Of a stretch of DNA of 19,521 nt, positions 17,994-19,521 are shown one piece after another; within the stretch, counting starts at the first letter, position 1, and the number at the start of each line of letters is the position of its first letter. The position numbers and the translations under genes are program-made. The stretch is from an uncultured archaeon. Lineage in GTDB: Archaea > Asgardarchaeota > Lokiarchaeia > Sigyniarchaeales > SOKP01. The DNA is taken from positions 1 to 19,521 of the forward strand of contig CAYLZE010000097.1 in the NCBI GenBank assembly GCA_964388035.1, read 5' to 3'. Under the pieces are notes generated by a model. That model made no database searches, was not told the origin of the DNA, and saw only the letters and a list, made by a program, of their open reading frames with translations.

Positions 17994-18281
17994 ATGACAT
18001 TAGGAAAAATACCTATCATTCTCGAAAAAATTAGCAAGGAAGATATTAATAAAGAAATTTTAAGAACAGGTATATTGGCGGAATTAGATGCTATTAATTT
18101 ATATGAGCAAATGGCTAATCTGACCGAAAGCAAAGATATAAAAGCCGTATTATTGGATATTGCAAAAGAGGAGAAGGAACACGTCGGAGAATTTCAATAT
18201 TTACTTCTAAAATATGACAAACAGCAAGAAAAAGAACTTAAAGAAGGAATGGAAGAAGTCAAAAAACTTGTAGAAAAATAA
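17994..18281 (+). CDS. Short ferritin-like protein of the encapsulated-ferritin (EncFtn/Flp) type
   Basis: ILRTGILAELDAINLYEQMA...LLDIAKEEKEHVGEF..LL...D..Q..EL..G.EEVK, a two-helix half-ferritin with one ExxH. GAGGA RBS upstream. Confidence 0.88.
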   Translation: MTLGKIPIILEKISKEDINKEILRTGILAELDAINLYEQMANLTESKDIKAVLLDIAKEEKEHVGEFQYLLLKYDKQQEKELKEGMEEVKKLVEK

Positions 18282-18450
18282 GAACCAATAACATGTACTC
18301 CAAAGAATGCATTACATTCAATTTTTTCTTCATTTTAGATTAGGGCTTTTAATAAGAAAGATAACCTTGAAAAAAAAAAAAAATAAATCTAATTATTAAT
18401 TCAAATTCTCTTTCTATCTTTTTTAAAAAATTGTAAACTAAAAAAAGGAA

Positions 18451-19431
18451 TTAAGGCACAAAATCATCGAATTTCCAATAATGTTCTTCCTCTTGTTCGA
18501 TAATGTTCTCGAACATTCGCTTTGTCTTAATGTCACCTTTTTCGGTGGCGGTTTTGATGATTTGCCGATACAATTTTATTGCATAATCTTCAGCAGCTCT
18601 ATCTAACATGATAAAATCATCGGCGTTATTTCCTATTTCAGGCAGGGGTTTGACCTGAGGAAGAGCTTCTCTATCAATTTCAAATATTCTTTCAGCGATC
18701 ATTTCCAGATGTTCCATTTCTTGCATGAAAACTTCCTTTAACATGCTTGAAACGACGCTAGCTTTATTTTTACCAGTTACGACCTCTAAGGCTTCTTTTC
18801 TCTTTCTTAATCTTTCGAGACCATCTGCTTTTTCATGCTGAGTAGTATATTGAATCACCGCAGAGATTTCTGAAGCAAGGGCTTCATTTAACATTGCAAT
18901 ATATGCAGTATCATTAAATATATTTCTCCATTCTGACGGAGTTGTTTCCCCCATCTCGGGTTCTGGTACTATTTCATTATAATTCTGAAAAATTATGAGA
19001 TGTTGTTCTTCTGCTTTATAAATTTGCGAAAAGAGTTGCCACGTGGTACGATCCTTATTCTCTTTTGCAACTCTGATTATTTCTTCATATAAATCCATAG
19101 CCTCTTCTTCTGCTTTTACTCCAAGTTGCATAAATTCCTTTAGAGAGTTCCCAATGGTTATTTTATCGGGCTTAGTGGTTGCTTCGCCACCCAAAATATA
19201 AATTCTCTCCATTGCATCTGCTAAGTGCTTCATTTCTTCAATTGCGATTTCTTTAAGGAATTTCCCAATCGCATCATATGTCGTGGAATCAAGTAAGTAA
19301 TTCTCTTTGATTACCTTTCGCAGAATTTTTTCCATCTTAGTATGTTGAATTATATATTGAACGGAAACTTCTAATTCTCGTGCAACCGCTTTATTTAAAA
19401 GAGTAATATATTCTTGTGATGCTTTCAACAT
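18451..19431 (-). CDS. Tandem two-domain bacterioferritin-like (double ferritin-like) di-iron protein
   Basis: Internal repeat. Ligand sets E19/E66/H69/E108/E141/H144 and E188/E238/H241/E281/E314/H317; EMKH and EMEH motifs. Confidence 0.9.
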   Translation of the reverse strand: MLKASQEYITLLNKAVARELEVSVQYIIQHTKMEKILRKVIKENYLLDSTTYDAIGKFLKEIAIEEMKHLADAMERIYILGGEATTKPDKITIGNSLKEFMQLGVKAEEEAMDLYEEIIRVAKENKDRTTWQLFSQIYKAEEQHLIIFQNYNEIVPEPEMGETTPSEWRNIFNDTAYIAMLNEALASEISAVIQYTTQHEKADGLERLRKRKEALEVVTGKNKASVVSSMLKEVFMQEMEHLEMIAERIFEIDREALPQVKPLPEIGNNADDFIMLDRAAEDYAIKLYRQIIKTATEKGDIKTKRMFENIIEQEEEHYWKFDDFVP

Positions 19432-19521
19432 TATTTAGATTCCTCATTTAATTTATATTGTATTGGGTGATAAGAAAAGTTTCCTTTAAAGATTACTCCT
19501 TTAAAATTATTAATGAATCTA

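Noticed and set aside
1-19521. CRISPR array, tRNA or rRNA
   Set aside because: No regularly spaced repeats, cloverleaf or long GC-rich structural RNA seen by eye.

Overview
AT-rich archaeal chromosomal window, probably Asgard/Lokiarchaeia-like. That assignment is inferred from the TFB type, GGTGA/GAGG ribosome-binding motifs and gene content. Left to right: partial DUF72 and a PolX-PHP gene interrupted by one in-frame TGA; an orphan RHH antitoxin with a decayed second copy upstream; a tupABC tungstate transporter with a ModE-like box in its promoter; exonuclease III; a small membrane protein; an internally deleted IS200/IS605 tnpB relic; a large metallophosphoesterase; an AmmeMemoRadiSam radical SAM enzyme; a divergent TFB paralog; a possible MITE; and an aldehyde dehydrogenase. 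The window ends in an iron/redox cluster: MgtC/DUF4010 membrane protein, 7Fe ferredoxin, YgbA, a stand-alone 'half' encapsulated-ferritin-like protein and a tandem 'double' bacterioferritin-like protein. The best candidate for an undescribed system is this ferritin pair and its cluster. No rRNA, tRNA or CRISPR array was seen. All calls are from motif recognition by eye; no searches were run.
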